From Cetorhinus maximus (lineage: Eukaryota), in NCBI RefSeq assembly GCF_964194155.1, contig NC_135888.1:108500001-108564000 (forward strand): 64,000 bases of DNA, in the 5' to 3' direction. A model generated the notes under the pieces. It saw nothing but the letters and a program-made list of their open reading frames with translations, searched no databases and was not told the origin of the DNA. The translations under genes and the position numbers were made by a program. Of the stretch, positions 51,801-64,000 are shown piece by piece. How positions within the stretch are numbered: the stretch's first letter is position 1; each line of letters starts with the position of its first letter.

Positions 51801-52038
51801 TCTGGGGCCACAAGTAGGCCAGCCCAGGTGAGGATGGTAGATTTCCTTCCCTAAAGGGCACTAGTGAACCAGATGGGTTTTTACAACAATGTTTTCATGG
51901 CCATCATCAGACTTTTAATTCCAGATTTTTTTTTACTGAACTCAAATGCCACCATCTGCTGTGGTGGGATTTGAACCCTGGTCCCCAGAGCATTACCCTG
52001 GGTGTATGGATTACCAGTCCAGTACACCACCGCCTCCC
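48805..52038 (-). mobile_element. About 3.2 kb non-LTR retrotransposon (APE-RT, single decayed ORF) with tRNA-derived 5' head
   Basis: APE remnant QQPDIVIFTESYL..VGGFNDHH..LDLMLTN..SDH and RT DIKTAFDQVWH..PQGSTLG..FADDC. A-rich tail at 48805 and TSD cctaatt on both sides. Confidence 0.85.
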
Positions 52039-52794
52039 CTAATTGCTCTTCTGAAAGGGATGACTAAACCTCCAAAGCTTTTCCTATGAAAGCTTTCTGT
52101 AAGAACACAGTCCAATTTCTTTAGGCCATTTCATTTTTGTAGCAAATTTCTCAAGTGACACACGGTACCTAAATTTGGTGAGGAAGGAGTAAAAATGTAC
52201 CAAGTAAATACACGTCACGACATCAAAGGTACGAGGTGTTGGGTCTTGGCCATCCTCACTGTTCCCCTTCAATGCATAGACTTTAAGCTTGTCTCTTTCC
52301 AACTCTGTCTCGTTCCTTACTCCTTTCCTCTCTTTCTTCCTACTCCCGTTCTGATTCTAATTCAATCAGAATTATGCTTTCTTCTCTTTCTCCTTTGAGT
52401 TTTTTTTTTCATTTCACTCTCTGTCTTTCCTTTCCCTCTCTTTCAAATTTCATTTTTTTTTCTAATTCAATTTTTGCTAATTTGATCTGAGCATGAGAAG
52501 AGCTACCCTTTTCTCACTTAAGCTTCATGTGCTGAGGCTCTACTTCAATGATCCCTGATTTTTTTAACTCTTGATTTCATGTCGACTCTTAACTCCTCTG
52601 CCAGACCTTTCAAATTAACCATTGTTAACTTTTCCAAGGCATCAATAGTTAACTCCGTTCTCTTCAGAAAGGTCTGAGCATTAAAGGTGGCCATTTTGAT
52701 TTCCAATGCATATAACAAAAGTAAATGTGAAATCTTATTTGTTTAAAGTCTGGAAAATTCCAGTGTACCTGTTTTCATATCTTAGTGTTTCATG

Positions 52795-52812
52795 ATCCCA
52801 GACATGCCCACA
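52795..52812 (-). promoter_or_regulatory. Primer-binding site, tRNA-Pro type
   Basis: 14/18 match to TGGGGGCTCGTCCGGGAT, 3 nt downstream of the LTR end. Confidence 0.65.
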
Positions 52813-53820
52813 ATTTGTTACAATCTCCCTAGTGACTGATAACTTCTTAAAAAGAAAGGAATCCTCATGACGCCAATAGAAAAAAAACCTTTGGACAAGA
52901 TTTCACTTTTTAAAATGTTTACTGTAACAAACCAACTAAAATCAACATAATTCAAACATAAATTAACATGTGAAGGATATTTTCTGCAAAGAGGTAAAAT
53001 CAATACAACAAAAATACACATCACATAGTTATAAGTTACTTCCCACACAAATCTGGGACCATGTGCAATCTTACAGTCTTTCCAACTCGGCCTCCATTAT
53101 GTAGGGTCTCTCATTTCCCATTCATTTGTTTCAGCCTTTGAGTTGCATTCACCAGCAGCCATATTCCATCCAATGTGGCGAGACATAGTCAACACTGAAA
53201 AGCTGCATGTCTATGAACGTTCTCTCACTCGGGTCACGATAATCCTGATGGCACAGAATTCCCAGACACTCCCTTCTCCAACCTTTAAACAGTCTGGTGG
53301 GCTCTGGCAACACTGAAAGAGCAATATTGGGTCTTGTTCAGTCCACCACCCTTCCTGTCTTCAGCTCTCTACTCTTTCCAACTGAATAACACACACAGTA
53401 ACATAGCTTCTGCTCTATTCTCAGAGACCTGCTTCAATACCAGGATCTATTTGAAGACTGTCAAACAGAAAACTGTTCCATTTGGAGAGAGCCTTGCGTG
53501 TTTCCTCTTTACACAAATTATTAGTGTGTTTTGAACTGCCAAACACAAAACATAGGCTGACCCAACCCCACTGCAATATCTTTCTATTTGTTCTTTGCTT
53601 CTTAGCTGTTCATCCCCATGGCAATCTCAGCACACATGGGCATTTCTTAGAACCTTATGATGTCATAATCAGAAAACCAATTAACCCTCTTTTAAAATAC
53701 TCCCCATTTCACCCTGGTCCTCAAGGAGACATCGCATGAAAAAAAAATACAAGCTTTTCCCAGCAGATGGGTCATTACAGGGGGATGCAGAGTATCTGAG
53801 TGTTAGGCATGAGTCCTGTT

Positions 53821-55372
53821 TAAGAACATAAGAACTAGGAGCAGGAGTAGGCCATTCAGCCCCTCGAGCTGGCTCTGCCATTCAATAAGATCATGGCTGA
53901 TCTGCTCGTGGTCTCAACCTCATATTCCTACCTGCCCCCCATAACCCTCGACTCCCTGGTAGATCAAAAATACATCTGGCTCAGACTTGAACATATTCAA
54001 TTACCCAGCATCCACTGCTCCCTGCAGTTGAGAATTCTAAATATTAACAAAAATCTGAGAGAAGAAATTCCTCCTTATCTTCATCTTAAAGGGGAGCCCC
54101 CTAATTTTTAAATTCTGCCCCATAGTTCTAGATTCCATCAAGAGGTAAAACATCCTCTCGGCATCTGCCCTGTTAAGCTCCCTCCAAATTTTATATTTTT
54201 CTAAAGGACCACCTCTCATTCTTCTACACTCCATGAGTATACACCCAACCTTTCCTTGTAAGATAACCCCTTCATCGCAAGAATCAACTGAGTGAGCCTT
54301 CTTTGAAATGCCTCAAATGCAAATGTCTCTTTGCTTGAATAAGGAGACCAACGCTATATGCAGCACTCTAAGTATGATCTCACCCACACCCTATACAGTT
54401 GTAAAAGACTTCCCTACTTTTATACTCCAACCCCCTTCCAATAAAGGCCAACATTCCATTTGCCTTCCTTATTACTTGCCCTACCTGCATGCTAACTTTT
54501 TGTAATTCATGTAAGAGGACACCCAGATCCCCCTGTATTGCAGAATTCTCCAATCTCTCCCCATTTAAATAATATTCTGCTTCTCTACTCTTCTGGCCAA
54601 AGTGGACAACCTCACATTTTTCTACTGTACACTCCATCTGTCAAGTTTTTGCACATTCACTTTATCTATATCCTTTTGCAGATATTTGTATCCTCCTCAC
54701 AACTTGCTTTCCCACCTCTTTTTGCTTCATCAGAAAATTTGGCTACAACACACTCTGACCCTTCAGCCAATCATTAATATAGATTGTAAATCATTGAGGC
54801 TGCAGGACTAATCCCTGTGGCACTCCACTAGTTACAGTTTGCCAATCTGAGAATGACGCATTTATTTCTACCCTCTGTTTCCTGTTAGTTAGCCCATTCT
54901 TTATCCATGCTAATAGGTTACCTTCAACACCATGAGCTCTCCTCTTGTGTAGTAGCCTTTTATGTGGCACCTTATAGTATGCCTTTTAGAACTCCAAATA
55001 AACATTATCCACTGGTTCCCCATTATCCACCCTGCTTGCTACATCTTCAAATAACTCTAATGAATTTGTCAAATACATTTTTCTTTTCATAAAATCATGT
55101 TGATTCTATCTGATTGTATTATGGTTTTCTAAATGTCCTGTTACTACTTCCTTAAACATGGGTTCTAGCATTTCCCCGATGATAGATGTTAGGCTAACTG
55201 GCCAATAATTTCCTGATTTCTGTCTTCCTCCTTTCTTGAATGGGGCGTAACTTTTGCAGTTTTCTAGTCTGCTGGGACCTTTCCAGAATCTAGGGAATTT
55301 TGGAAGTACAGCAAGTACCTCCACTACCTCTGCAGCCACTTCTATTAAGACCCTATGATGCAGTGTGTCAGA
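53821..55372 (-). mobile_element. CR1 LINE 3' portion
   Basis: FKKGGRQKSGNYWPVSLTS, KCEVVHFG, and an aagaacataagaac tail. Confidence 0.9.
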
Positions 55373-55399
55373 TCCAGGATTGCTGATGAGTGCCTATTG

Positions 55400-55970
55400 G
55401 GAGTGTGTTGCATTGAGCAGTGTGAGATGTTGATGGAGCAGTGAGTAGAGTTTGTCAATGGAAGATGCATTCATTGACTTTGACCACTCATTTTAGGTCA
55501 TTGAACTACTTCCAGCAATGCAGCAAATTGTTTGGGACCAGACTCCAGGAATTGATGTCTGTGGCCATCTGCTTCCATTTCCTTCTCAGGGTATGCCTTG
55601 AGGACCTCCTGGTCCTTTGTCGGAATATGGCGTTTTTCCTCTTACCTCCACCACTAATGCCACCATTAGTATTGCCTCCAGTGCCTCATCAGATATCCTG
55701 CCAGTCCTCTTTGCCTGTTGCTCCATTTGTTCTTTTCCTTCCAGCAATGTGCTGATATCCTTAAAGAGGTCCAGATTACCTCCACGTCATACTAGGCAAG
55801 GTCACTAGGCAAGTGTACAATCACTCTGCAGCATGTTCCACACAGGACAGCTTGCTGAAATCATTTAGATGAGGGGGCAGCACAAAGTTTGCCTGAAGCT
55901 TGCCTGGGACCAGACACATGTTGTGATTCCCGTGCCCAAAAACAGGCCTTATTCAATTTTTCCACCATGG
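55400..55970 (-). pseudogene. Myb/SANT-like exon remnant of a further, older Harbinger family
   Basis: The reverse complement reads ISDEALEA..RKNAIFRQRTRRSSRHTLRRKWKQMATDINSWS..HCWK*FNDLK. Confidence 0.6.
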
Positions 55971-56561
55971 GAACACATGTGGACACATCGAGGACACACT
56001 ATTATAACAGTTTAAGCTGAACTTGACAATTTTCAACAGAAGCCCACATTCTACAGTCAATCTGAGAAATTTATTTTCTGACATATCCCATCAATGAGCC
56101 TAAGGACTATTTATCACTCAAGCTCATATCTCCGTCCAAAGATTAGCTCATGCCATTGATAGGCAACAGAATGATTTGCATTTTATACATTGAAGGTGCT
56201 ATATTATCTAATATATTATAATAATAGAAATTATGATAATGGAGTGGTTAAAGATTTAAACTTATGAGAATTCTAGCGCAGTGATGCAGTCCTACATTAT
56301 ACACTGTTTCCGTCATCTATGCTGTCCAAACTGTTCTATGGTTTTGCTTTGACTGCATTTTGTTGTAGGTCAGTTAGGTTGCGTCTGATGTGACCTTCCT
56401 GCCAAGTATAATTTTAAGACTCAGTGGTCAAATTGGATGTTTAAACTCTGTAACAGCCTTTGCGTTTCCTTTCTTAAACCGATTTCCTCCTAAATAATGT
56501 ACCCCTGTAGCATTATGGGTGTTAATGAGGACCAGGACCAAGTCTGTAACAATGGTATATA

Positions 56562-57690
56562 ACATACGAACATACAAATTAGGAGCAGGAGTAGGCCACT
56601 TGGCCTATCTTAGCCTACTCTGCCATTCAGTAAGATCATGGCTGATCTGATTGTAACCTCCTGATAACCTTTCACCCCTTTGTTAATCGAGAATCTATCT
56701 ACCACTGTGTTAAAAGTATTTAAAGACTCTACTTTTACCGTCTTTTGAGGAAGAGAGTTCCAAAGACTCAGTACCCTCTGAGAGAAATAATTCTCCTTAT
56801 CTCTGCCTTGAATCGGCGGCCCCTTATCTTTAAACAGTGACTCCTAGTCCTTGATTCTCCCACAAGAAGAAACATCCTCTCCACATCCACCCTGTCAAAA
56901 CCCCTCAGGATCTTATATGTTTCATTCAAGTCGCCTCTTATTCTTCTAAACTGCAGCAGATAAAAGCCGAGCCTGTCCAACCTCTCTTCATAAGACAATC
57001 TGCCTTCCAGGTATTAGTCTGGTAAACCTTCTCTGAATGGCTTCAACATATTTACATCCTTTGTTAAATAAGGAGACCAACACTGTACACAGTACTCCAG
57101 ATGTGGTCTCAGCAGTGTCCTGTACAACTGAAGCATAACCCCCCCTATTTTTATTTTCAAATCCCCTCGCAATAAACAATAACATTCTATTAGCTTTCCT
57201 AATTATTTGCTGCACCTGCATACAAGCCTTCTGTGATTCATGCACTAGGACACCCAGATCTCTCTGAATCTCAGAGCTCTGCAATCTCTCACCATTTAGA
57301 TAATAAGCTTCTTTTTTACTCTTTGTGCCAAAGTGGACAATTTCACACTCACCCACATTATACTCCATTTGCCAGATCTTTGCCCACTCACTTAACCCAT
57401 CTATGTCTCTATGTAGCCTCCTTATGTCCTCTTCACCCTTTCCTACCTATCTTTGTGTCATCAGCAAATTTAGCAACCCTACCTTCAGTCCCTTCATCCA
57501 AGTCATTTATATAAACTGAGAAAAGTTGAGGCCCCAGCATTGATCCCTTTGGCACACGACTTATTGTCCTGCCAACCAGAAAAGACCCATTTATGCCTAC
57601 TGTCTGTTTCCTATTAGCTAGCCAATCTTCTCGTCATGCCAATATGTTACCCTCTACACCATGAGCTTCTATTTTCCTCAATAACCTTTG
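56562..57690 (-). mobile_element. CR1 LINE 3' portion
   Basis: CEIVHFG..QRDLGVLVH..IQRRFTRLIPG..SYEERL, with an aacatacgaacatac tail. Confidence 0.9.
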
Positions 57691-60600
57691 ATATCCATTA
57701 TTGTTACGTCGTATCAGTTTCTCCCTGTGTATCCATATCATTCTTATCCTGATTTCTGGCCTTGAACATTAACAGTGTAATTAGGGGAGCTAATCTTGGG
57801 TGGACACTGTTCTGAGTGACATCATACTGACAAATCAATGTTTCTTTGATCAGAGCATAGCAAGATAAATTTGACACTACCCAGGTTTCACCACTCTATA
57901 CCAATATCTCTGGATAGTTAATTCATTATGTATGCCACTCTTGAGGATGTCAGCAGATGCCACCTTGAAGACCTGGTGGCAGCTTCTGATCAGGTGGAAG
58001 GTGTTGAGTTGCAATATAGTCACAATATAGCCCCATCCTTCATAGGAGCAATTTACTTGTTAAACAGATACCAGGCACCCAATATTGCATAAGTTTTCTC
58101 CAGCACCAGTCTATCATGTTCCTACTTGCTTCCTATATCTGTTTCAAGTGGACGTCCCTGCTCTAGCCCCTATACACAACCTTTCTGCTTTTCTCTCTGT
58201 CTCATGGTATATGTGGTGATATCCCTTGGAATTGCATCTGTATCTTAACCTGAATTTCTCTCCATAAACTTGAGTTTTTCGGGCAACATTGGTTGGTAGA
58301 GCCTCTCCAGTTTTATTTCATAAGCATGACAGCAAAGCAATTACTTGACCTCTTATCAGACATGCCCGAGGTCGACATATTCTCACAACGTCGCCCTTAT
58401 CTTGAAACTTGGAACGTAAGCAGCTTTCAGCTGTAATTCTTAATTCTGAGGCGTTTTAACTTAGCTATTTAACTTAGCTTAATTTTAGCTACTATCCTAT
58501 GATTCCTAGCTAGCTTATGTTTATAAGTATGTACACTTTGTGTATTAGGCTGCCTAATCTAAATTTGAGTAGTTTAGAGTTTAGAAGTTAAAAATTCCTA
58601 ATCTAAATGCAAGTTTTACATGCAGAAGTAACAAATTCCTGACTTCTCACCCTTTAATCAAAGCATGCAATACCAAGCTCTGGATGTTCTATAACACTCT
58701 CTAACTGATCATTAGAACATTTGAACAAACTCATTGTACTGATTTAAAATATGAGGACAATTATCTAGACTATGACCAAACTCATTGATATTTTTTAGCC
58801 TATGGGTGCTGAGCTATGTTGTAAACCATCTCCTACCATGCATAATTTCAAAGGATAAATCTCTCCTTTTTAATGACAGCATTACTTTGTTTCCTATGCA
58901 TGTCAGCCTTTGAATAATAGGTTATATAAACTACAAAAGTAATGAAAGAAATTGGTTTCCTTTGCTACTTCTCTGTTTTAATCTCCAAAGGCCCCTGGTT
59001 GCCCTACATGGTCTTATCTGAGATCTTCAGCTTGTTAGGGTCACATACCTTTCTTGAGCCATTTTCTCTTTTACTCTAAATTAATTCAATTAATATTATA
59101 CATCATGATACAGGCATAGAAAATCATAATATTCTTAAGTTGCAATGCACAATATTATCAAGAAATCATGGACATAAAGGGGGAGCTGGAGAATCCTTTA
59201 CTACCATCCATCTTGTGGATAAGTCTTACTGAGTATTGCTTCTCCCTTGCCCTCAGTTGTCCCAATTTCATTGTTAGCTCAAAGGAAATGAGATCTAAAT
59301 TTTGGAAATCCAAATTTTGTGTCCCTCTTTTTAATTATTCAGTTTCTCTGTAGAGGATGTTTTAGTGCATTGATTTAAAAATACTTTTTTATCACTCTCT
59401 TTAGCCCCACATCAACCATGTTATGTCATGCTGTCAAGCAACTGAGCATATCCAAACCACATTCTACAGTGCATCTTCAAAATGCATTTCTGCATACTAG
59501 TTGCCTCACATTTAATTTGAAATATTGTTACATTCATTATTATACAAAAGAATGCAGGGTCAGAAACCAACGGATTTGTGTGTTACCGATTCCCCAATAT
59601 CTCGTAACTCGTACACTTTGAGATAAGGTCCTTGCACCACGGAAATGGGGTCTGTTTGAACTCAACACTGAGTTCAAATAGCTCTATAAAGTTTGTGTTT
59701 TCCACATTGGGAGTCATATCCTGCCCCCGATTTCCTGACCTCCAGCAAAAATAAATTGCGCCATTCAGGGCACTTTTTCCAAAGGCGGGTGCATCGAGCC
59801 GGGAAGTTTCCTGAGTTCAAGCTACCCACCTCAGGAGTGAAAATCTGGCCCAATTTCTCCTTCTTTATTTCATCAGAGATTGATTTGTCCTTTCTCTCTC
59901 AAACTAAGTTTGAACCACTGGTGTCATATTTGCTATTTCACCCCATTCTGTACTGATTCAAAGTCTCAAGTGCACAGTCTATGTCCTTCCCAAGCCTGCT
60001 GCTTCCTGTATAATTTTTTACACAGCTCCCATGTATCCAAAGGGAAGTGTTATGACCCACAGGAAAGGGGACATTGAGAATCCAATCGAGACCCAGCCCT
60101 TTACCCAGTACATCCTCTGTAACAAATCTCACTGCTGATTTCAACATTACATTTCTGCATCCCCCTTAGATCATGTTTGCAACTCCAACATTTTAGGTTT
60201 TCACTAAACATTTTAGCAGTTTTAATACAGCCCACTCCTACAGAAACTTTGACAGCTTTTGAGCAAGCTGTTCCCATTAGGATCATCTTTCACTGTTTCT
60301 GCTGGCTTCCCTTCTATTTCTACACCTATCGATCTCATCTTCCATGGCTAAACATACTTCATTTTTTTTCTCCAAAATTTTCCTGATGCGAGGCCAAATG
60401 GTTTTAGGCAGGCTTTTTAAATGGCAGATGGGAAGTGATTAGGGATTCCCACCTCTATTCCCATCATCAGCAATTTTCATTGGTACCGGAAAGGGGGCAT
60501 GTCACAAGCCCACACCCAGCTTTTCCGCTGTTAAGAGGATTCTGTTTTTAAGCACTTCTGAAGTACTGTTTGTTTATTTTGACAGATTTATAAACATCTC

Positions 60601-61637
60601 AAAGACTTCCCGCTGCTATTATAGGGCTCATGAGTTCTTATGTATTGAATATTGGGTGAGTGGGTTTTTTGGGGAGTATGGGGGGCAATGGGGGGTGAAG
60701 GGAGGGTTAGGGGGTGAGAGGGTTAGGGGCTGAGAGGGGTAGGGAATGAGCTTTAGTGGGGCTCATCACCAGAACTGGGCCAACGTCTCTGCAAATGGAG
60801 GTGGGCTTTTTAACCTGACCGCATTAGCCCACATGCATCTCTGTCTCAAGGCTGTGGAAAGCAACGGCCCGAACATCAGCTTATTTCCAACAACCCACCG
60901 TGAAGGTACTGTGGACGACAGGAGGTGGTCTTGTGACATTGGAAAAGCTGCTAATTCCCGATTCCTGCCTCCAAGATGAAAACCCCGCCCAATGAGCCTG
61001 TGGATATAATCTTTTGCCACCAGTACTGTTCCTGAACTATTATGCAAGTCTCTCAAAACTGGAAACTCTTAATGCTAATATTAGCGTTAACATGTACAGC
61101 AATCTAAAGGTTACAATGTACTTCATCCAAAATTGCACCCCCCACCCTTCATCGTGGAATCAAATGTAATTTATTTAAGGCTCAAAGCTTAAATGCTTTA
61201 TTAAGCTTCAAACAAGAAATGAAGGTGTTAATGTATAAATAAGATGTTGAGATATAACCTGGATTTGACATCAACATTGTTTTGAGGTGTTCAATCTAGA
61301 ATGTCTTTGTGATCCAGTGTTACTCCAGGAAATTTTCAAATCACACAAGCCCAGTCTAGACTAACATACATTTTCAGTTCTTATGGATCTTGTGCCTAAT
61401 TTGGACCCATGAGTTAATCAATTTCCCTGTTTCAAGCCCAGTACCCATCTGGTGGCATCTTTACATTCCTCAACAGTTAAGGCAAATAGCAAAGATGTAT
61501 TTAAGGGAAAGCTAGGTAAGCAATGGAACGATATGTTGATGGGGTTAGATAAAAAAAAGCTGGAAGTGGTTCATGTGGAACAAACACACTGGCATGGATT
61601 TGTTGGGTCGAATGCCTGTATCTATGCTGTGTATACC

Positions 61638-64000
61638 GTGGTAAATTTTGCCGTCGACATGTGGGGGTGGGCCCGACATGTCGATGCGTAAAATGACGCG
61701 CGATGACGTCACCGCGCGTCACTGCAATGTTTCGGAGGGCAGGCGAGCTATGAGTTCCAAGGTGCACCCGCCATTAATTAGCGGGCCAGTTAAGGTCCTT
61801 GAGGCAGTATTTGATAGCGATTTTTCACAGCCCGTGTGATTTTCAGTGCATCGCATGGGCACAGCGAGCAAACTGGTAGGTCACATTTTTGAAAGCCTCA
61901 TCCACGGGCGGGATAAGCGGGGTGAGTGGGCTCGCTGATGCGAGTTGTTAGTACTTTAGTTTTTAAACTTACTGCTATCTGCTTGTGTGAACAGGACAAC
62001 TTCAATTCTCTTCAGAGCTGCTTTGACAGAAATAACAGGTTTCAGTTCAAGACTCTGGAGGAAATATAACACTTGTGGCCAAGCAGGTTTCAGGAAGCCT
62101 TCCCTTACCCTGGGAATGGGGATTGTGCTCTTCTCAGGAGGCACCTCCTCTGGGGGAGAAGGGAGGGCCAGAAAGGGGGAGGAGGCCAGGAGTCCATATT
62201 CAGCCTCCAGGGAAGCCACCTTTGTGAGGACAGGTGCAAGCACAAGGGGTGTAGGGCCAACAGGAAGTTCAAGGCGGAAGGGGCCACAGAAGATGCCACT
62301 ATCCTGCTGCCAGGGTTTACAGGCGGCGATGCAGTTACCTCAATATGTCTGAGGTGCAGTGCCAAAGAAGGCTCTGTCTCTCAAGGGAGACAGTGACCTC
62401 CATCTGTCAGATGATCGACCCTGAGACCAGCTCCAACAATGTGGGTTGACACCCCATGCCTGTGGCTCTGAAGGTCACAGTTGTCCTCAACTTCTATGCC
62501 TCCGCTCTTTCCAGGGGTCGGTGGGTGATCTTTGTGGAGTCTCCCTGTCAGCTGCCCACAAGCTGGTGACAGACGCTCTGTTCAGGCGTGCATTGACTCT
62601 CATTCACTACCTCTCGGACGAGGCCAGCAAGGCAGAGCGAGTCAGAGGCTTTGGAGCGATTGCTGGGTTCTCCCGCATCCAGGGTGCAATAGACTGCACA
62701 CATGTGGCCATCAAAGCGCCAGCGGGTGAGCCCGGTGCCTTCGTCAACAGGAAGGGCTTCCACTTCATAAACACGCAGATAGTGTGTGACCATTGGATGC
62801 AGATTCTGCAAGTCTGTGCAAGGTACCCAGGCAGCTCCCATGACACCTACATCCTGAGACACTCCCAGGTGCCGGGGATCTTCAGTGCTCCAGCCCGGCT
62901 GGATGGATGGCTGGTGGGTGACAAAGGCTACACCCTCAAAAGATGGCTCATGACACCTCACCGCCATCTAAGAACAGAGGCTGAGCAGCGGTACAATAGT
63001 AGCCACGCCTCCACAAGGGCTGTGATAGAGAGAACCATCGGTCTTCTCAGGATGCACTTCCGATGCCTGGACCGTTCAGGGGCGCACTCCAGTACCCCCA
63101 GATCATGTGTCAGTGATAGTGGTTGCATGCTGCGCTCTCCACAATTTGGTGATGGAAAGGGGGGGCGCAGTGGAGGAAGAAGTTGTAAACGCAGATGCTC
63201 TAGCTGCAGACGATGACTCCAGCAGTGAGTCCGAGGATGAGCACGGTCAGGAGAATGCTGAGGGGTTAGACGCTGACCTGGTAAACCTCCAGGGAGGCAG
63301 GGACACCTGGGAGGCTTTGATCCAACGCTCCTTCAGCTAGCCTACCAAAGATGAACCTTCAACACCTGAGAGGGCTGCAGGCTCCATACTCGATACCGGA
63401 GAGCAACATCTGCCTGGTTAGGAACATTAACTATGTGTCTTGTCAATAAAGCTCAATGACAAACAAGTCACTCATATTATCATGGGTTCCCATACACCTG
63501 CAGAAGTAATGAAGCACCCTGAGGCTTGTTGAGAACCAAAACATTTAACGATTGCATACTTGCATACAGAAATGAAAGTCCATTAAAAGGTGTTGAACAG
63601 CACACCTACTGAAAAACAACTGAAACAGGAGTCAAAAGAAATCCACCAGTGATAAGCTTGTGTTGTGCCTAAGGTGATTTACGTTTATGTTTGCGGGTGC
63701 TACGTCTAGGTTCTCCCCCCTTGCTGGCACTCTGCTGTCCTGTTGGCCTTGATGACTTTGGCGGGCATCCTCTGGCCCATGGAGCCTTTGCTGTCCCTGA
63801 CTGGGAGTGGTCAGTGGCATGGTTGGCATCTCCCCAGTCGCAGCAGCCTCATCAGATGCCACAGTCACTGGCAGAGGGGCGGAGGAGCTGTTGCCATCCT
63901 CCGGAAAGCCCTGAGAGGAGTCTGCAGAGGTGACAATGTGAGGTCGCTTTGGACCTCCCTCCTCACCATTAATGGATGGGCATCCAGCTGGGATACTGGG
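61638..64000. mobile_element. PIF/Harbinger transposon H4 (distinct subfamily), runs off the window end
   Basis: TIR-like start gtggtaaattttgccg with a CpG-retaining subterminal region. Transposase on +, and a Myb-gene 3' end on - from about 63630. Confidence 0.8.
62116..63340 (+). pseudogene. HARBI1-like DDE transposase (H4), best preserved but frameshifted
   Basis: GAIDCTHV, NRKGFH, PGSSHD, LVGDKGY, RAVIERTIGLL and IVVACCALHN, split over ORFs 62446-63216 and 63107-63340. Confidence 0.9.

Larger units (their letters stand above)
48460..53750 (-). mobile_element. Gmr1-like Gypsy LTR retrotransposon remnant (5' LTR, PBS, gag), split by LINE and PLE insertions
   Basis: On the - strand the LTR end TGTAACA at 52816 is followed by a PBS-like TGTGGGCATGTCTGGGAT. 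The gag remnant reads MATFNAQTFL..EKFATKMKWPKE..SLSEEQLG|DYDRVKHAALNACELVPEAYRQKF..EKEMVFER. The LTR 5' limit is approximate. Confidence 0.75.

Noticed and set aside
51950-52038. tRNA gene
   Set aside because: A B-box is present but there is no intact cloverleaf. It is the head of a retroelement.
57740-58450. Possible decayed retroelement coding remnant
   Set aside because: No motif could be read confidently in any frame.
62446-63216. Domesticated HARBI1 gene
   Set aside because: Frameshifted at both ends, lies in transposon context with a convergent Myb remnant, and has multiple decayed relatives in the window.

Overview
Eukaryotic, repeat-dense genomic DNA. The repeat content (CR1 and L2 LINEs, Deu-type tRNA-SINEs, Penelope-like 3' ends) points to a cartilaginous fish, probably a shark; this is inference. 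Most ORFs in the six-frame track are decayed transposon fragments or noise. The window is dominated by PIF/Harbinger DNA transposons, each carrying a HARBI1-like DDE transposase facing an intron-containing Myb/SANT-like gene. There are five large decayed copies from at least three subfamilies, one extra Myb remnant and several Harbinger-type MITEs. Two deeply nested insertion stacks are present (1-12110 and 48460-53750). Other elements include two solo LTRs, a Gmr1-like Gypsy remnant with a tRNA-Pro PBS, a TSD-flanked 3.2 kb LINE with a tRNA-derived head, and Penelope-like fragments carrying hammerhead-ribozyme-like motifs. A CpG-rich promoter with a probable first exon (about 14.5-15 kb) and a candidate coding exon (23195-23330) suggest an unidentified + strand host gene, with most of the downstream window being intron. 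No intact novel protein system could be supported. Coordinates were read by eye and are approximate unless defined by TIRs or TSDs.
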